From contig CAWIEK010000041.1 in assembly GCA_963835065.1 (NCBI GenBank), positions 96,001-160,000 on the forward strand: a stretch of 64,000 bases of DNA, written 5' to 3'. Below the pieces are notes generated by a model that searched no databases, was not told where the DNA came from, and saw only the letters and a list, made by a program, of their open reading frames with translations. Each line of letters begins with the position of its first letter. Positions within the stretch are counted from its first letter, which is position 1. This document shows positions 1-9,658 of the stretch, piece after piece. A program made the translations under genes and the position numbers. Source of the DNA: an uncultured Chthonomonadaceae bacterium (lineage in GTDB: Bacteria; Armatimonadota; Chthonomonadetes; Chthonomonadales; Chthonomonadaceae).

Positions 1-1
1 C

Positions 2-796
2 CCCGCCGACCTTGATGCGCTGCTTGCCCTTGCCCAACTACACAATTTACCGTTAATCGAAGATGCGGCGCAGGCGCATGGAGCCGCGTGGCGCAATACG
101 CCCGTCGGGGCCATCGGCAGCATAGGAATATTCAGTTTTCAGGCCAGCAAAAACCTTAACGGCGGCGAAGGCGGCATGGTTGTGACCAATGACGACGCGC
201 TTGCCGAGCGCGTTGAATCCATAATCAACGTGGGCTGGAGCGGGCAGGGCAGCCGCCGCTACGCGCAGCCGGTACATCCCGGCAATTACCGTCCGGGCGA
301 ATTCCAATCCGCTATTCTGCGCGTTCAATTGACGCGCCTGCCCCAACAAACCGCGCAGCGGCAGGCCAATGCGAATTATCTTCGCTCCCTGCTGGCCTCC
401 CTTGACGGCATTTTACTGCCCTTCGATGACCCACGCATCACAAGCCATGCGTACCACTTATTCACGTTCCGCTTTGTTTCCGAACGGTTCGGCGGGCATA
501 GTGCCGGGGAACTCGCTCACGCCCTGCGCGCGGAAGGCATTCCTTGTTCAGCCGGGTACGCGCCTCTGTACCGCGAAACGCCATTTGCGCAATATGCCCC
601 GCAACTGGTAAACTCATGCAGGGCAAACGCCACGCAGAACGATTTCGTGAACTACGCGGACGTTGTTCTTCCGCATTGCGAGCAGGTCTGCCGCGATACC
701 CTGTGGCTGCCGCAAACACTGTTGCTTGCCGCGCCCGACGACATGGACGATGTTGCCGCCGCCCTGATAAAAATCCGGCAAGCATGGCAAAATTGA
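2..796 (+). CDS. DegT/DnrJ/EryC1/StrS family PLP-dependent aminotransferase (5' truncated by window)
   Basis: Frame +2 is open from the window start: LIEDAAQAHGA, SFQASKNL (PLP lysine) NGGEGG, HAYHLF. Confidence 0.92.
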   Translation, partial: PADLDALLALAQLHNLPLIEDAAQAHGAAWRNTPVGAIGSIGIFSFQASKNLNGGEGGMVVTNDDALAERVESIINVGWSGQGSRRYAQPVHPGNYRPGEFQSAILRVQLTRLPQQTAQRQANANYLRSLLASLDGILLPFDDPRITSHAYHLFTFRFVSERFGGHSAGELAHALRAEGIPCSAGYAPLYRETPFAQYAPQLVNSCRANATQNDFVNYADVVLPHCEQVCRDTLWLPQTLLLAAPDDMDDVAAALIKIRQAWQN

Positions 797-948
797 TAGA
801 CTGCCGATAGTTGCAAAAAAAGCGTTGTCGGTGCTATCATTAGGCGGCTTTAACGCCTGAACGATACCGTTCAAGGCCGCCCCTGTTTGGAGAAAGGAAT
901 GTGCCCTCGCGCCCGCTATAGAAGACGGCGTGTTGAGCCGCAGACGGC

Positions 949-2250
949 ATGAATATCCTGCAAATCGTTTCGGCCTCGCGCACCGGCGGCGTGGAGCGCC
1001 ATGTGGTTGTACTCAGTGAAATTTTGCGACGGCGCGGCCACAACGTTACCGCCATTTGCCCGCCCGGCGAGTGGCTGCCCGATCAATTACGGCATGTGGG
1101 CGTCCCGGTGGAAGAAATCATTATGCGCGGCATGGAGTCGTGCAAAATTGCCCGGCTGCTGCCCCAATTCGTCCGCGCCCATAAGATAGACCTCATCCAT
1201 TCCCACCTGACTCGCGCCACCTACTTTGCCTGCTACACAGGCCGCATGGCGCGTCTGCCGGTGGTTTCCTCCGTTCATGTGATGACGCGCGATATTGCCT
1301 ATCGGCGCTTGTTTCGCAGGCCCGGAAATCAAATCGTCACTGTTTCCGAATATCTGCGGCAGGCGCTGCTGCATCAGGGTATCCCCGGCGAACACGTCCG
1401 CACCATCCACAACGGAACCGATTTCTGCGCTTCGGAATTGCCGACGGTTGACGAACTGCCCATTGTCGGCGAATGGCCTACTACAGAAACGGAAAATTTG
1501 CGCGAATTGGAACTGTGCGCGACAGGCGCGAGGCGCTTTCCGCCCCTGCCGGAAGCCGCCGATGTCGAAACCGCTTTACGCGCGCTGTCAGGCGCAAGAG
1601 GGATGGAAACCATCGGCGGTGGCCGCGATATGAGCGCGCAATCCCGGCCCCGGCAGGATGTTCTCACCGTTCATTCCGAGTGGAGCATACCGCAGGATGC
1701 GGAACTCATCGGGCTATTTGCCCGCATGGAAGAATTCAAAGGCCCGTTTGTGCTGACGCAGGCCGCGCGCCAAATTGTCGCTTCCCGCCCCCGCGCTTAT
1801 ATCTTCTTCGTTGGCCCTATCGAGCCGAACGTACAGCAGGAATTGTCGGAAATCGCCGACGCGAACGGCGTTGTTGATCGCCTGCGCTTCACGGGCCAGC
1901 GCAACGATGTGCGCCGCCTGATGAGCGCTATGGACGTGGTCACACTGCCGTCGCGTTATGAAGCGTGCAGCATGGCGATACTGGAAGCGATGGCGCTGGG
2001 CAAGCCTGTGGTCGCAACCCGCGCCGGAGGTAATCCCGAACTGATCCGCGACGGCGAAACCGGGCTGCTCATCGAGCGCACCCCCGAAGCGCTTGCGCAG
2101 GCCATTATCCGCCTGCTTTCCAATCCATCTCAACGGGCGCAAATGGGCGCAGCCGCGCATGATCGCGCCCAGACCTCGTTTTCCGCCGGCGTTATGGTCA
2201 GCCAGATCGAATCGCTGTACCACGAAATGCTGACACAAAATGCTAGATAA
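949..2250 (+). CDS. Glycosyltransferase family 4 (GT-B), with an interdomain insertion
   Basis: GGVERHV, DLIHSH, IHNGTD, PSRYEACSMAILEAMALGKPVVATRAGG motifs. Confidence 0.92.
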   Translation: MNILQIVSASRTGGVERHVVVLSEILRRRGHNVTAICPPGEWLPDQLRHVGVPVEEIIMRGMESCKIARLLPQFVRAHKIDLIHSHLTRATYFACYTGRMARLPVVSSVHVMTRDIAYRRLFRRPGNQIVTVSEYLRQALLHQGIPGEHVRTIHNGTDFCASELPTVDELPIVGEWPTTETENLRELELCATGARRFPPLPEAADVETALRALSGARGMETIGGGRDMSAQSRPRQDVLTVHSEWSIPQDAELIGLFARMEEFKGPFVLTQAARQIVASRPRAYIFFVGPIEPNVQQELSEIADANGVVDRLRFTGQRNDVRRLMSAMDVVTLPSRYEACSMAILEAMALGKPVVATRAGGNPELIRDGETGLLIERTPEALAQAIIRLLSNPSQRAQMGAAAHDRAQTSFSAGVMVSQIESLYHEMLTQNAR

Positions 2251-2553
2251 ACCTCCTGCGTTCCCCACATTCTCATGCCTGAAAAACTCAGTTCAAAAGA
2301 ACAACCTCGTACAAAATACGGGAACATGCTGACAGAAAGTGGCGTCTTTACCGCCGTACAGCGTTTGATGCAGCCGGATCATGATGTTCGCTGCTCTACA
2401 CGAGCGCTGTTCTGCTCAACATGTTCGCCCCCGCGCCTGAAATCAGGGATAATGTTGTAGATAGTCTCCGTTTCCGCTGTGGCTTTGGGACATAACACAA
2501 TCAGGTTGCGCGTTCATTGGCGGTTTCATCAAGTTTTGAAAGGAACACCCGCG

Positions 2554-3868
2554 ATGGTCGCACGTTCGTTTGTCTGGGCGCTCATGGTGAGCGCCTTTGT
2601 TTCGTCCTGGGGGCTTTGCGCGCCTGTTCGCGCCCAAATCGGAACTCTTGCCGGTTCCGTCGTAGATCAGCAAACCGGTTCCGGGATCGCCGGAGCCATC
2701 GTTACTTCAGGGGGGCGGCAGGCCACTACCGACGCGCAGGGACACTACACGCTCACTCAGGTGTCCTACTCCGCCACCAGCATTGCCGCTTCGGCAGCCC
2801 GGTATCTGTCCGGTTCCGTTACGATCAACATCACCAATTGGGCCACCGGCTCTGCGCCCACTATTTCTCTCAAACCGGCTCCAACGAATACTATCGCGTG
2901 GAACGGCGGGAATTGGTACCTGGCAGGCAACAACTACGCCTGGTGGAACTACGGCACGGACTTCGGCACAGGCGGCTTCGGCAAGTACACCAACTTCACT
3001 CAGATCAACTCCGACTTCGCCACCATGCACAGCCAGCATGTGACGACAAGCCGCTGGTTCGTCTTTGCCGATGGGCGCTACTCCCCGGAGTTCGACGGCA
3101 GCGGCAACGTGACCGGCTTGGACAGCCAGTTCTTCTCGGACATAGACACCGCCTTGCAGATCGCCCACAACAACAATGTCTACCTCATCCTCAACCTCGC
3201 CGACTTCCTGATGTGGACAGGGCCGCGCACAAGCGGCACAGTCAGCGGCGGCGGACACGCTTCGATGGTGACAAACGCGGCGGTGCAGCAAAGTTACCTG
3301 GAGAATGCTGTCAAGCCCCTGCTCTTGCACATCGCTGCCAGTCCCTACAAGAACAACGTTCTGGCGTATGACATCATCAACGAACCCGAATACACCATTA
3401 GTGAGATCACCGGCGGCGGCTTACCCTTAGCGCAGGTGCAAACCTTTGTGAAGAACTGCGCCACTTACATCCATCAGTACAGTGGCGGCGCGTATGCCAC
3501 ACTTGGCTCAGGAACGCCTCAGTGGGTGGGCTACTGGAAAGGGTTGGGGCTGGACTTCTACCAACTGCACTACTACCCCAACTTCGACGGCAACGGACCG
3601 GGCAGTGGCTTGCCGCCCTATGCGAGTTTAGGATCTGGACAAGCCCTGCATTGTGGGCGAGTTCGCCACCAACGACAACTCCTACACGGTGGGTGACACC
3701 ACGCCTCTCAGCGCGCAGTGGCACTTGGACACCATCTTCAAGTACGGCTACGCGGGCGCGTTAGGCTGGAGCTACGAACCCATTGACAACGAAGGCAACT
3801 GGAATGCCTTCGCGCCCGTGTTCACCAACTGGGTCAACGGTCACACCGCGGTTGCCGGACCGCAATAA
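2554..3868 (+). CDS. Secreted clan-A glycoside hydrolase (GH5-like) with N-terminal carboxypeptidase-regulatory-like domain; frameshift near 3634
   Basis: Signal peptide; G-x-V-x-D...TTDAQGHY; acid/base INEPE; HYY. Removing one base near 3634 restores GLDKPCIVGEF (nucleophile), continuing to GALGWSY in ORF 3653..3868. Confidence 0.82.
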
Positions 3869-3890
3869 AAGCGGAGAGGAGAAGAGGAGA

Positions 3891-4075
3891 GGGGAGAATA
3901 TAGAAACCGCGAAACACACGAACTAAACGAAAAAAGACAAAAGAACAGAGAGAAGCATCGAAAGAACCTTATGGATGGGCTTCTTAGCTTTGCCTCCTTT
4001 TGCCTCTTTGCGGTTCTTTTCGCCTTTCCTGTTTTCGTCTTGGTTCGTGTGTTTCGCGGTTTCTATATTCTCCCC
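3891..4075. repeat. Perfect 33-bp inverted repeat pair between convergent genes
   Basis: GGGGAGAATATAGAAACCGCGAAACACACGAAC at 3891-3923 and its reverse complement at 4043-4075. Confidence 0.9.
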
Positions 4076-4281
4076 CTTTCGTCCTCCTCTTCATGGAGTT
4101 CGGCAAACGCCATATAGGGAGGAAGGGAGCGCCCCTGTTCTTCCAACTCCTTTTGTTCCGCTTTGAACTGCGCGATGCGGCGGTCCAGGCGTCGGGCGTT
4201 GCGAAACGCTTGTCCCGCCGTGAACGCCAGCAGAAACACTCCCAGACACAAAAACATCACCTTGAACAGTACGCCAAACAT
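4063..4281 (-). CDS. Small single-pass membrane protein, unknown function
   Basis: Hydrophobic N-terminus followed by a charged helical segment; GGAAG upstream. Confidence 0.65.
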   Translation of the reverse strand: MFGVLFKVMFLCLGVFLLAFTAGQAFRNARRLDRRIAQFKAEQKELEEQGRSLPPYMAFAELHEEEDERGRI

Positions 4282-4299
4282 GCGCCGTAACTTCCTTCC

Positions 4300-5580
4300 G
4301 TGCCGAATACAACCGTCAATCTTATACGTTCAGTATACGCTATCCGGCTTTTCACCGCAAATCCGGCAGGAAGAAGCCACGTATTTGACGAACAAACACC
4401 AGGCATTGCATCTTCTGTCTTCTGTCTTCTTCTCAGGGAGTTCAAGCGCGTGAGAGTGGTTTTGCTTATTGTTGGTTTGTGGGTGGTTGTTGGCGCGGGG
4501 CGATGGCTGTGGCTGCGCCTGCCTGCCGGCAGGCGCAAACCGGTACGTGACATAGCAGGCTACGCGGTTCTGGTTGCGTTTTCGTTTCTGTTTGTCGGGC
4601 CGTTTGTGTGGATGCTGTCCACGTCCCTGAAATCCGATACGCAGGTGTTGAGCGCGGAAACGCATTGGCTGCCGACCGTACCGACCGTCAGGGTTCATAA
4701 GCAGGACGAAAACGGATTGTGGCAGGACGTGTACCAGCCGATTCAAACCCTCGCGGAACCGACGGGCGGCGAACCGGCGTATGTGGCCGTCACGCAGGAA
4801 CACGACGACGGCACAAGCGAAATACGCGGCGTGGCGAACGGCAAATTGACGGAGCCGGGCAAAACTGTTTCCGATTCGCGCCTGCGCCCCGCGCATTGGC
4901 TGGCCCCGCAATGGCACAATTACCCCGACGCGCTGACTTCGTTTCCCTTTGTCCGCTACACGCTCAATACGCTTGTGATCTGCCTGCTGACCATGATCGG
5001 AACCGTGCTTTCCGCCGCTCTGCCCGCGTATGGCTTTGCGCGGCTGCGCTGGAAGGGGCGCGAAGCCCTGTTTTTCCTGCTGATCGCCACCATCATGCTG
5101 CCGCCGCAGGTGACGATGCTGCCCGTATTTTTGATTTTCCGCGCGCTGCACTGGACGGGAACCCTGCTGCCGCTTGTCGTGCCCTCATTTTTCGGTTCGG
5201 CGTTTTATATCTTTTTGCTCCGGCAGTTCTTTATGACAATTCCGCAGGAGCTTTCCGACGCCGCGCGCATTGACGGCTGCTCGGAACTAGGTATCCTGTG
5301 GCGGATACTCGCGCCGATTGCCCGTCCCGCCCTGGCAACCGTCGCGCTTTTGTCCTTCACATCCGCATGGATGGACTTTGCCGGGCCGCTGATTTATCTG
5401 CACGACGAGCGCACCTATACATTGGCGATTGGCTTGATGGCGTTTTTAGGACGGCACGGCGGCGACTGGAGCCTGCTCATGGCGGCCAGCATGGTGATGA
5501 CCCTGCCCATGCTGGTGTTATTCTTCTTCGCCCAGCGCACCTACATACAGGGCATTGCCTTAACCGGCTTAAAAGGATGA
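4300..5580 (+). CDS. Carbohydrate ABC transporter permease (MalG-like) with N-terminal extension and periplasmic insert; start uncertain
   Basis: EAA loop IPQELSDAARIDGCSE; C-terminus IQGIALTGLKG. Confidence 0.9.
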   Translation: MPNTTVNLIRSVYAIRLFTANPAGRSHVFDEQTPGIASSVFCLLLREFKRVRVVLLIVGLWVVVGAGRWLWLRLPAGRRKPVRDIAGYAVLVAFSFLFVGPFVWMLSTSLKSDTQVLSAETHWLPTVPTVRVHKQDENGLWQDVYQPIQTLAEPTGGEPAYVAVTQEHDDGTSEIRGVANGKLTEPGKTVSDSRLRPAHWLAPQWHNYPDALTSFPFVRYTLNTLVICLLTMIGTVLSAALPAYGFARLRWKGREALFFLLIATIMLPPQVTMLPVFLIFRALHWTGTLLPLVVPSFFGSAFYIFLLRQFFMTIPQELSDAARIDGCSELGILWRILAPIARPALATVALLSFTSAWMDFAGPLIYLHDERTYTLAIGLMAFLGRHGGDWSLLMAASMVMTLPMLVLFFFAQRTYIQGIALTGLKG

Positions 5581-5687
5581 GCAAACCGCGAAAGACACGA
5601 AATAAACGAAAAGAGACAAAAACAGACAGAATTAAAAGAGTTTTCAGGTTCATGCCGGGAATGGATCAGGCATGGTGTGGTTCTCCT

Positions 5688-6038
5688 TCAATCCCACCAA
5701 AGGACGAGAACGCGCCCTCCATTGCGCGTTCCCATGCGGGAGTCCGCCTCTTTCGCGGAAAGCCAGTGAACCTCTGCCGTCCAACTATTCGCCAGTTCTT
5801 CCAACTGGGCATCATTCGCGCCGGAAGAGAGAATGTAAAGCGTGTCGGCGTTCCAGTGGTTATCTTCCAGATCGCGCAGGCAGATTAAGTCGGAAGGATG
5901 ATCCCGCGTCAGCAGGCAGGCTCGCCACCAGTCTTGATGCTTTCGCAAATCGGCAGCGACTCTTTCTCCCTCCATCGCGTTGTAGTTCGTACTTTCAATG
6001 AGCCGCAGCTGCAGTTCCTGAATTTTGCTGATAGTCAC
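5688..6038 (-). CDS. Hypothetical protein ending in LWWD
   Basis: Protein-like composition; ATG 3 nt after the DUF433 stop with GGAGG RBS. Confidence 0.7.
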   Translation of the reverse strand: MTISKIQELQLRLIESTNYNAMEGERVAADLRKHQDWWRACLLTRDHPSDLICLRDLEDNHWNADTLYILSSGANDAQLEELANSWTAEVHWLSAKEADSRMGTRNGGRVLVLWWD

Positions 6039-6041
6039 GAA

Positions 6042-6374
6042 TCACGCCTCCTCGTTTGCTCGTATCTGCTGTTCAACTTCCGCATGATGAGCCCGTACAT
6101 ACGCCCATGCATGCGCCAGATCATCGGCATGAAGTGTTGGGTATGAGCGAAGCAGGTCAGCCTCGTTGATCCCAAGCTGCCGCGCCTGCTCCAATGCCCA
6201 AACAGGTATGCGAGTGCCGATAATGCAGGGGTCTCCTCCACAGACGCTGGGAATGCTTTCCACGCCAGGAAACGTCTCACCTAAATCGTTGGCAACCCAT
6301 TGCAGCAACTGCGCTTTTTCCGCCCGCGTCATGCCGAACAACAACTTTTCCGCCTGTTGTAATGCCTGTGTCAT
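6042..6374 (-). CDS. DUF433 domain protein (antitoxin-like HTH)
   Basis: PSVCGGDPCIIGTRIPV...LLRSYPTL signature. Confidence 0.9.
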   Translation of the reverse strand: MTQALQQAEKLLFGMTRAEKAQLLQWVANDLGETFPGVESIPSVCGGDPCIIGTRIPVWALEQARQLGINEADLLRSYPTLHADDLAHAWAYVRAHHAEVEQQIRANEEA

Positions 6375-6403
6375 AGCTGTTTCCTAAAAGATATAGACCT
6401 GCC

Positions 6404-6925
6404 TCAGCCAAATAGACGCACTCGTCCCTTTGCAGGAGTATTTTCGGTAACACCATGCCGCAGTTTACCTTTGTGCTTTTTCGAATTAGCGGTAGTCTTT
6501 TGCCGCTCTTCCTGCACCCATTTATTCGCCGCCTTCATGTACTGGTTTTCACATTTAGCGCAGACATTTTCACCGTCACATTTCTGTGCAGCTTGTATTA
6601 AGGCCAGACCACACAGGTAAATGGTGTCTGTGGTACTTTGTTGCCAATGGCTTACTCCACTGGCTGTACGCATCCATCGTCCACCTGACAGCCTTTGCTT
6701 CTCATGGTCTAACGCAGCCTTCTCCTGTCTACGTTGCGCTTTATCAGACGCGGCAAGTTTGCGGCTGCATTGATGTTGCGGCCAACTGCCGCCAAGTTCC
6801 TCAAAGAAAACTTTGCTGCCGCAGTCGCACCAGAAATAGAATACGTTTACTCCGCAAGCGCTGCAGCGAGACGGCCGCGTTCTCGCATTGCACCAATCCC
6901 CATGAGAAATGCCGTTGTAGTCCAT
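6404..6925 (-). CDS. Cys/His-rich hypothetical protein, putative Zn-binding
   Basis: CSAC..VFYFWCDCGSKVFFEELGGSWPQHQC, plus a second Cys cluster (CAKC); GGAG RBS. Confidence 0.6.
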   Translation of the reverse strand: MDYNGISHGDWCNARTRPSRCSACGVNVFYFWCDCGSKVFFEELGGSWPQHQCSRKLAASDKAQRRQEKAALDHEKQRLSGGRWMRTASGVSHWQQSTTDTIYLCGLALIQAAQKCDGENVCAKCENQYMKAANKWVQEERQKTTANSKKHKGKLRHGVTENTPAKGRVRLFG

Positions 6926-6984
6926 TTACTACTCTCCGATTTGCGGAAAACTCAAAAGCAGGTCAATGATAAGTCTACTGCTTC

Positions 6985-7434
6985 TTACCAACACATCACG
7001 GCGTCAACAATTGCATTTACTGCCTCGTTAGTTAGCGGAGCCAGCATTGTGTCGTAGTTTGTTCGCAGATGCTTGCCCAATTCGTCACAAATGGGTTCCA
7101 GCAGCCAGCGCCAGGAACCTTTGTCATCTATCATGTCGAACACAAACAAGCAGACAGGCAAGGAAATGTTCTTTAATTCGGATTCTTGTTGCTGTGTCGC
7201 ATAAAGACGTTCTGGAGAGTTATGGCGTCCTCCCTTTCTCCCGGAAACGAACCCCTTTGTAACGACGGCAAAGGTTCGGTTTTCCTCGTTTTTCCGCCCC
7301 GGCAGTTTTACAAGTAAGTCAAGGGCAACGTCCTGCGAACAGGCAGTAACAGTAATGTCTTCGCGGCGCGTCAGCAAAACAATGGCAAGCTGCGTTGCGC
7401 GATACGCGACCAAGTCTTTTTCAATCGTTGCCAT
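6985..7434 (-). CDS. DUF4365-like PD-(D/E)XK-fold protein, degenerate active site
   Basis: LDLLV...FAVVTKG...PVCLFVFD pattern; adjacent to a paralog-like gene. Confidence 0.55.
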   Translation of the reverse strand: MATIEKDLVAYRATQLAIVLLTRREDITVTACSQDVALDLLVKLPGRKNEENRTFAVVTKGFVSGRKGGRHNSPERLYATQQQESELKNISLPVCLFVFDMIDDKGSWRWLLEPICDELGKHLRTNYDTMLAPLTNEAVNAIVDAVMCW

Positions 7435-7437
7435 GCG

Positions 7438-7932
7438 TTACCTCCAATTCACATCATGAAAGGATGACGCCAGTTTGGGCAGGGGCGACGCTGTCCAATA
7501 CGCTTTCACTTCGTTCCAGAGTTGCTGACGGTTCGGAGCGTTAATGGGAAACGCCGTGCTGAGACTGGAAAGGCTTGTCAAGTTTTCGCCATTGACGGAA
7601 ACCAGATAGCCTTTCTCATCAACATCGTCAATCCCAACAAGGTAAGTCGGAGCCGGGTACGACACCAATCCTCGAATACGCGCCTGACTAACTTGCACTT
7701 TAAGGCGATTTTCCCGGCGCGTGTAGCCGAGCCGCGTTGCTTTCACCTGCACAAAGAAGAACGGCGTTGACGACCCGGCGTTGCACAGTTCCACAATGAA
7801 ATCCGCCATAGGCCATTTATCACCAAGAGAGGCGAGCGAGAAGAAAGAGCCGGATACCTGCGGCTGATATTTGGTCATCAGCGTATAGAATAGGGCTTCG
7901 CCCCGCGCCCCCATAGCGTCTTTTGCGTTCAT
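7438..7932 (-). CDS. DUF4365-like PD-(D/E)XK nuclease-fold protein
   Basis: GARGE...ADFIVE...FFVQVKAT motifs. Confidence 0.7.
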   Translation of the reverse strand: MNAKDAMGARGEALFYTLMTKYQPQVSGSFFSLASLGDKWPMADFIVELCNAGSSTPFFFVQVKATRLGYTRRENRLKVQVSQARIRGLVSYPAPTYLVGIDDVDEKGYLVSVNGENLTSLSSLSTAFPINAPNRQQLWNEVKAYWTASPLPKLASSFHDVNWR

Positions 7933-7940
7933 GGTTTACG

Positions 7941-9397
7941 TTACGCGGTGATGGCTTCGCTGCCGCGCTTGCGAACTTCGATTTTGCGGTCCTTGACGTA
8001 CCCGGCGAACTCGATACCGCCTCGCGGATACGGCGCGCGAACATCTGCCGCTCCGTCAGCATTTCGGCAATCATGCGGGCGTACACTTTCGGGCGGAAGT
8101 AGAACCGCTTGTACATGCGCTCTACCGCGTCCTCGATTTCCGCCGTTGACATATCCGGGTATTGCAGCGTACTGGTCTGGATACCCGTACCCGAAATCAG
8201 GCCGTCGCGGGCGAACCAGTTGTTTGCCAATGCCTGATCGTAGAGTTCCGTGCCGGGATAGGGGGCGGCGATGGAGACTTGAATGGTGTGCGGGTCCAAT
8301 TCCTGCGCGAAGCGAATGGTTTCTTCAACCGTTTCTTTGGTTTCCACAGGCAGGCCGATAATGAACGTGCCATGCACCTTGATGCCCAGTTTCTTGCAGT
8401 TCGCCATGAACTCCCGCGCCATGTCCAGCTTGATGCCCTTTTTAATTCGGTTCAGGATTTCCTGATTGCCCAATTCGAAGCCGACAAGGAGGAGGCGCAG
8501 GCCGTTGTCGCGCAATTGTTTCAGCGTGTCATAATCTACGTGGGCGCGGGCGTTGCACGACCACGTGAAGTTGTTGCGCTTCATGTGCTTGCTGATTTCG
8601 ATAGCGCGGGCTTTGTTGATGGTGAACGTGTCGTCGTCGAACATATACTCGCGCACCTTGTCGCCCCAGATGGCTTTGGCTTCGTCCAGTTCGCGCCCGA
8701 CACATTCGGGGCTTTTGGTGCGGTATTGATGCCCGCCGATGGTTTGGGGCCACAGGCAGAAGGTGCATTTGGCCGGACAGCCCCTGCCCGTGTACCACGA
8801 CACGTACGGGTGCAGCAGATACCCGATAAAGTATTTGGTAATGTCCAGATTGGCGGCATACGTGGGCAGCACGGACGGCATCAAGTCCCAATCGGGAACC
8901 AGTTCGCGGTCTTCGTTGCGCTGGATAATGCCGTTTTTGTCCCGGTAGGAAAGGCCGGTAATGGCGCTCCAATCGTGGTCTTCGGCCAGTTCCTTGCAGG
9001 TATAATCGAACTCATGGCGGCACACGAAGTCAATGATCTTGTTTTCGCGCAGGGTTTGTTCGGGCAGAACGGCGACGTGCGCGCCGATGAAGCCGACTTT
9101 GACGTTCGGGTTCTGCGCTTTGAGTTGGCGGGCGCACTCGACATCGTTGGCAAGGCTGGGCGTACTCGTGTGCATTACGACGAGTTCGTAATCTTTGGCG
9201 ATTTTGAGAATGTCGTCCTGCGTCTGATGGTGCGGCGGCGCGTCAATGAGTTTGCTGCCGGGCACGAGCGCGGCGGGCTGCGCCAGCCAGGTGGGATACC
9301 AGTAGGACGTGATTTCGCGCTTGGCCTGGTAGCGTGAGCCGGCGCCGCCGTCAAAGCCATCGAATGAGGGCGGGCTGAGGAAAAGGGTTTTCAACAC
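7941..9397 (-). CDS. hpnJ: Hopanoid biosynthesis radical SAM protein HpnJ; frameshift near 8015 in the last ~25 codons
   Basis: KTLFLSPPSFDGFDGGAGSRYQAKREI N-terminus; CPAKCTFC; GTG at 9397 with AGGAG. The corrected tail EFAGYVKDRK...AITA* stops at 7941. Confidence 0.9.
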
Positions 9398-9658
9398 TGC
9401 GGGGATTCTCCTTACTGAACAAATACGGAACAAACGAAATAGGTGAATAGCCGCGAATGAACGCGAACGAACGCGGATAAGCGAGCGGCTCTCGTGCCAT
9501 CGGAATTTTTCAAGCGGATAATTGCTGATGTGCCAACAGTATACCAACAAACCGACGCTTCTGCCTACCTTTCCGCGCGTTTCTGACGCCCTGCGTTGCG
9601 GTATTTCTTGTCAATTACGGGAAAAATGGGGTACATTTAGGAGGGGGTAAACGCAATC

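Noticed and set aside
7820..7940. HpnJ C-terminal extension overlapping the DUF4365-like gene
   Set aside because: Artefact of the frameshift near 8015; a plausible stop lies at 7941.
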